Of a stretch of 64,000 bases of DNA, positions 63,265 through 64,000 are shown in pieces. The stretch lies in contig MHFR01000037.1 of NCBI GenBank assembly GCA_001804285.1, positions 149,952-213,951 on the forward strand. The letters run 5' to 3'. A program made the translations under genes and the position numbers. The number at the start of each line of letters is the position of its first letter. Positions within the stretch are counted from its first letter, which is position 1. The notes under the pieces were generated by a model. The model saw nothing but the letters and a program-made list of their open reading frames with translations. It had not been told where the DNA came from and searched no databases. The stretch is from Candidatus Danuiimicrobium aquiferis. GTDB lineage: Bacteria; Omnitrophota; Omnitrophia; Omnitrophales; Danuiimicrobiaceae.

Positions 63265-63546
63265 TTACGCTGCGCGAGCATACTCAATCAATCTTGCCGG
63301 AATCATTTCTTTGGTTTTAAGAAACGAGTGCAGCGCTTCCACGGAAATAAGAATTCTTTTTCCTACTCTGCACAGCGCTGGCCTGCTGCGATTAACCTTT
63401 CCGTGAATTAGAAAGCGTTCAGGCTCGTACCGCAAATATTTTCTGAGTGTTCCCTTGGGTATACTCGTAAAAATACTGGCGCCGTCGAGATCAAGATAGC
63501 CTTCGGGCGCAAAAATGAGTCTTCTTAAGATTTGTTTATGAATCAT
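63265..63546 (-). CDS. Excisionase/AlpA-like HTH_17 DNA-binding protein
   Basis: A 93-aa protein: LDLDGASIFTSIPKGTLRKYLRYEPERFLIHGKVNRSRPALCRVGKRILISVEALHSFL, which resembles the excisionase-family HTH. Confidence 0.5.
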   Translation of the reverse strand: MIHKQILRRLIFAPEGYLDLDGASIFTSIPKGTLRKYLRYEPERFLIHGKVNRSRPALCRVGKRILISVEALHSFLKTKEMIPARLIEYARAA

Positions 63547-63551
63547 TCGGT

Positions 63552-64000
63552 TTAATTTTTGTCTCTAATCGAACCTCCTTTCGGTCTTAAATCCTGAACA
63601 ATACCGGCAACGCCGAGATCATAATCCGACGACTTATATTTCACTTTGCTCATAAGCTCTTTTAAATTGAGCATGTCTTCCGCCTTATAACGCTTTTGCA
63701 ATGGTTCATATTCCATTTGTCCCGGAGTTGTTGAAGGCGGATAAAATCTGCGAACCAGTGTTTCGTTTTTACTATTGAAAAATCCCGCTGCGGTTTTAAG
63801 CCGAAGTTCTGAAGCAATCGCTATCGCAGCCTCCACGGTTTCTTCGCCAAGAAGCGAACGGAAATCAATTCTTTGGTCCAAGCGATCACATTCCTCTTTC
63901 ATTTTTCTTTTAAAAAATCCATCCTCCCATTCATGCAGGATTCCTTTCTCCACCTTGAAATCCGGGAGAAAGATCGTGTGCTGCATATCCCGGCGATCGG
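63552..64000 (-). CDS. Hypothetical protein, possibly N-terminally truncated by the window end
   Basis: The ORF 63552-63986 stays open in frame upstream of the annotated Met to position 64000. I recognise no domain. Confidence 0.45.
   Translation of the reverse strand, partial: DRRDMQHTIFLPDFKVEKGILHEWEDGFFKRKMKEECDRLDQRIDFRSLLGEETVEAAIAIASELRLKTAAGFFNSKNETLVRRFYPPSTTPGQMEYEPLQKRYKAEDMLNLKELMSKVKYKSSDYDLGVAGIVQDLRPKGGSIRDKN

Overview
This 64 kb window divides into three regions. (1) Positions 1-35202 are almost certainly a single giant minus-strand ORF. It begins with an ATG at 35202 and runs off the left edge with no in-frame stop, giving at least 11,734 codons with the 3' end missing. This explains why the six-frame track lists nothing longer than 231 aa across 35 kb: the giant ORF has no stop codon inside the window. 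My own translation shows a signal peptide and several polytopic membrane blocks. It also shows two families of tandem repeats, an internal roughly 120-aa duplication, HEAT-like repeats, and a C-proximal enzymatic module. That module has a PolyA-pol/CCA-type nucleotidyltransferase head, a family 2 glycosyltransferase (GT2) domain with NE and DGD motifs, and an HD phosphohydrolase motif. (2) Positions 35437-58564 are a minus-strand housekeeping block: an OMP-MFP-RND-RND efflux operon with an XRE/cupin regulator, then proS, rseP, dxr, cdsA, uppS, purA, serA, a class V aminotransferase, clpP and tig. A family of palindromic MITE/REP-like repeats is scattered through the intergenic gaps, and one partial copy is embedded in frame inside the giant ORF. 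(3) Positions 58700-64000 are an accessory/mobile region. It holds tRNA-Gly, tRNA-Leu, tRNA-Lys, an odd tRNA-like element lacking a D-arm and a duplicated tRNA-Leu 5' fragment. It also holds a zeta-toxin-like P-loop kinase cassette flanked by 55-60 bp hairpin-containing direct repeats, a tyrosine integrase with a consensus sigma70 promoter, a HigB/HigA-like toxin-antitoxin pair, an excisionase-like HTH protein and a hypothetical gene that may be cut off by the window end. The most unusual item is the giant ORF with its embedded NTase-GT2-HD module. The tripartite RND efflux operon sits directly upstream of it on the same strand. I could not assign an organism. All calls rest on my reading of the sequence and on motif recognition, and none was checked against a database.
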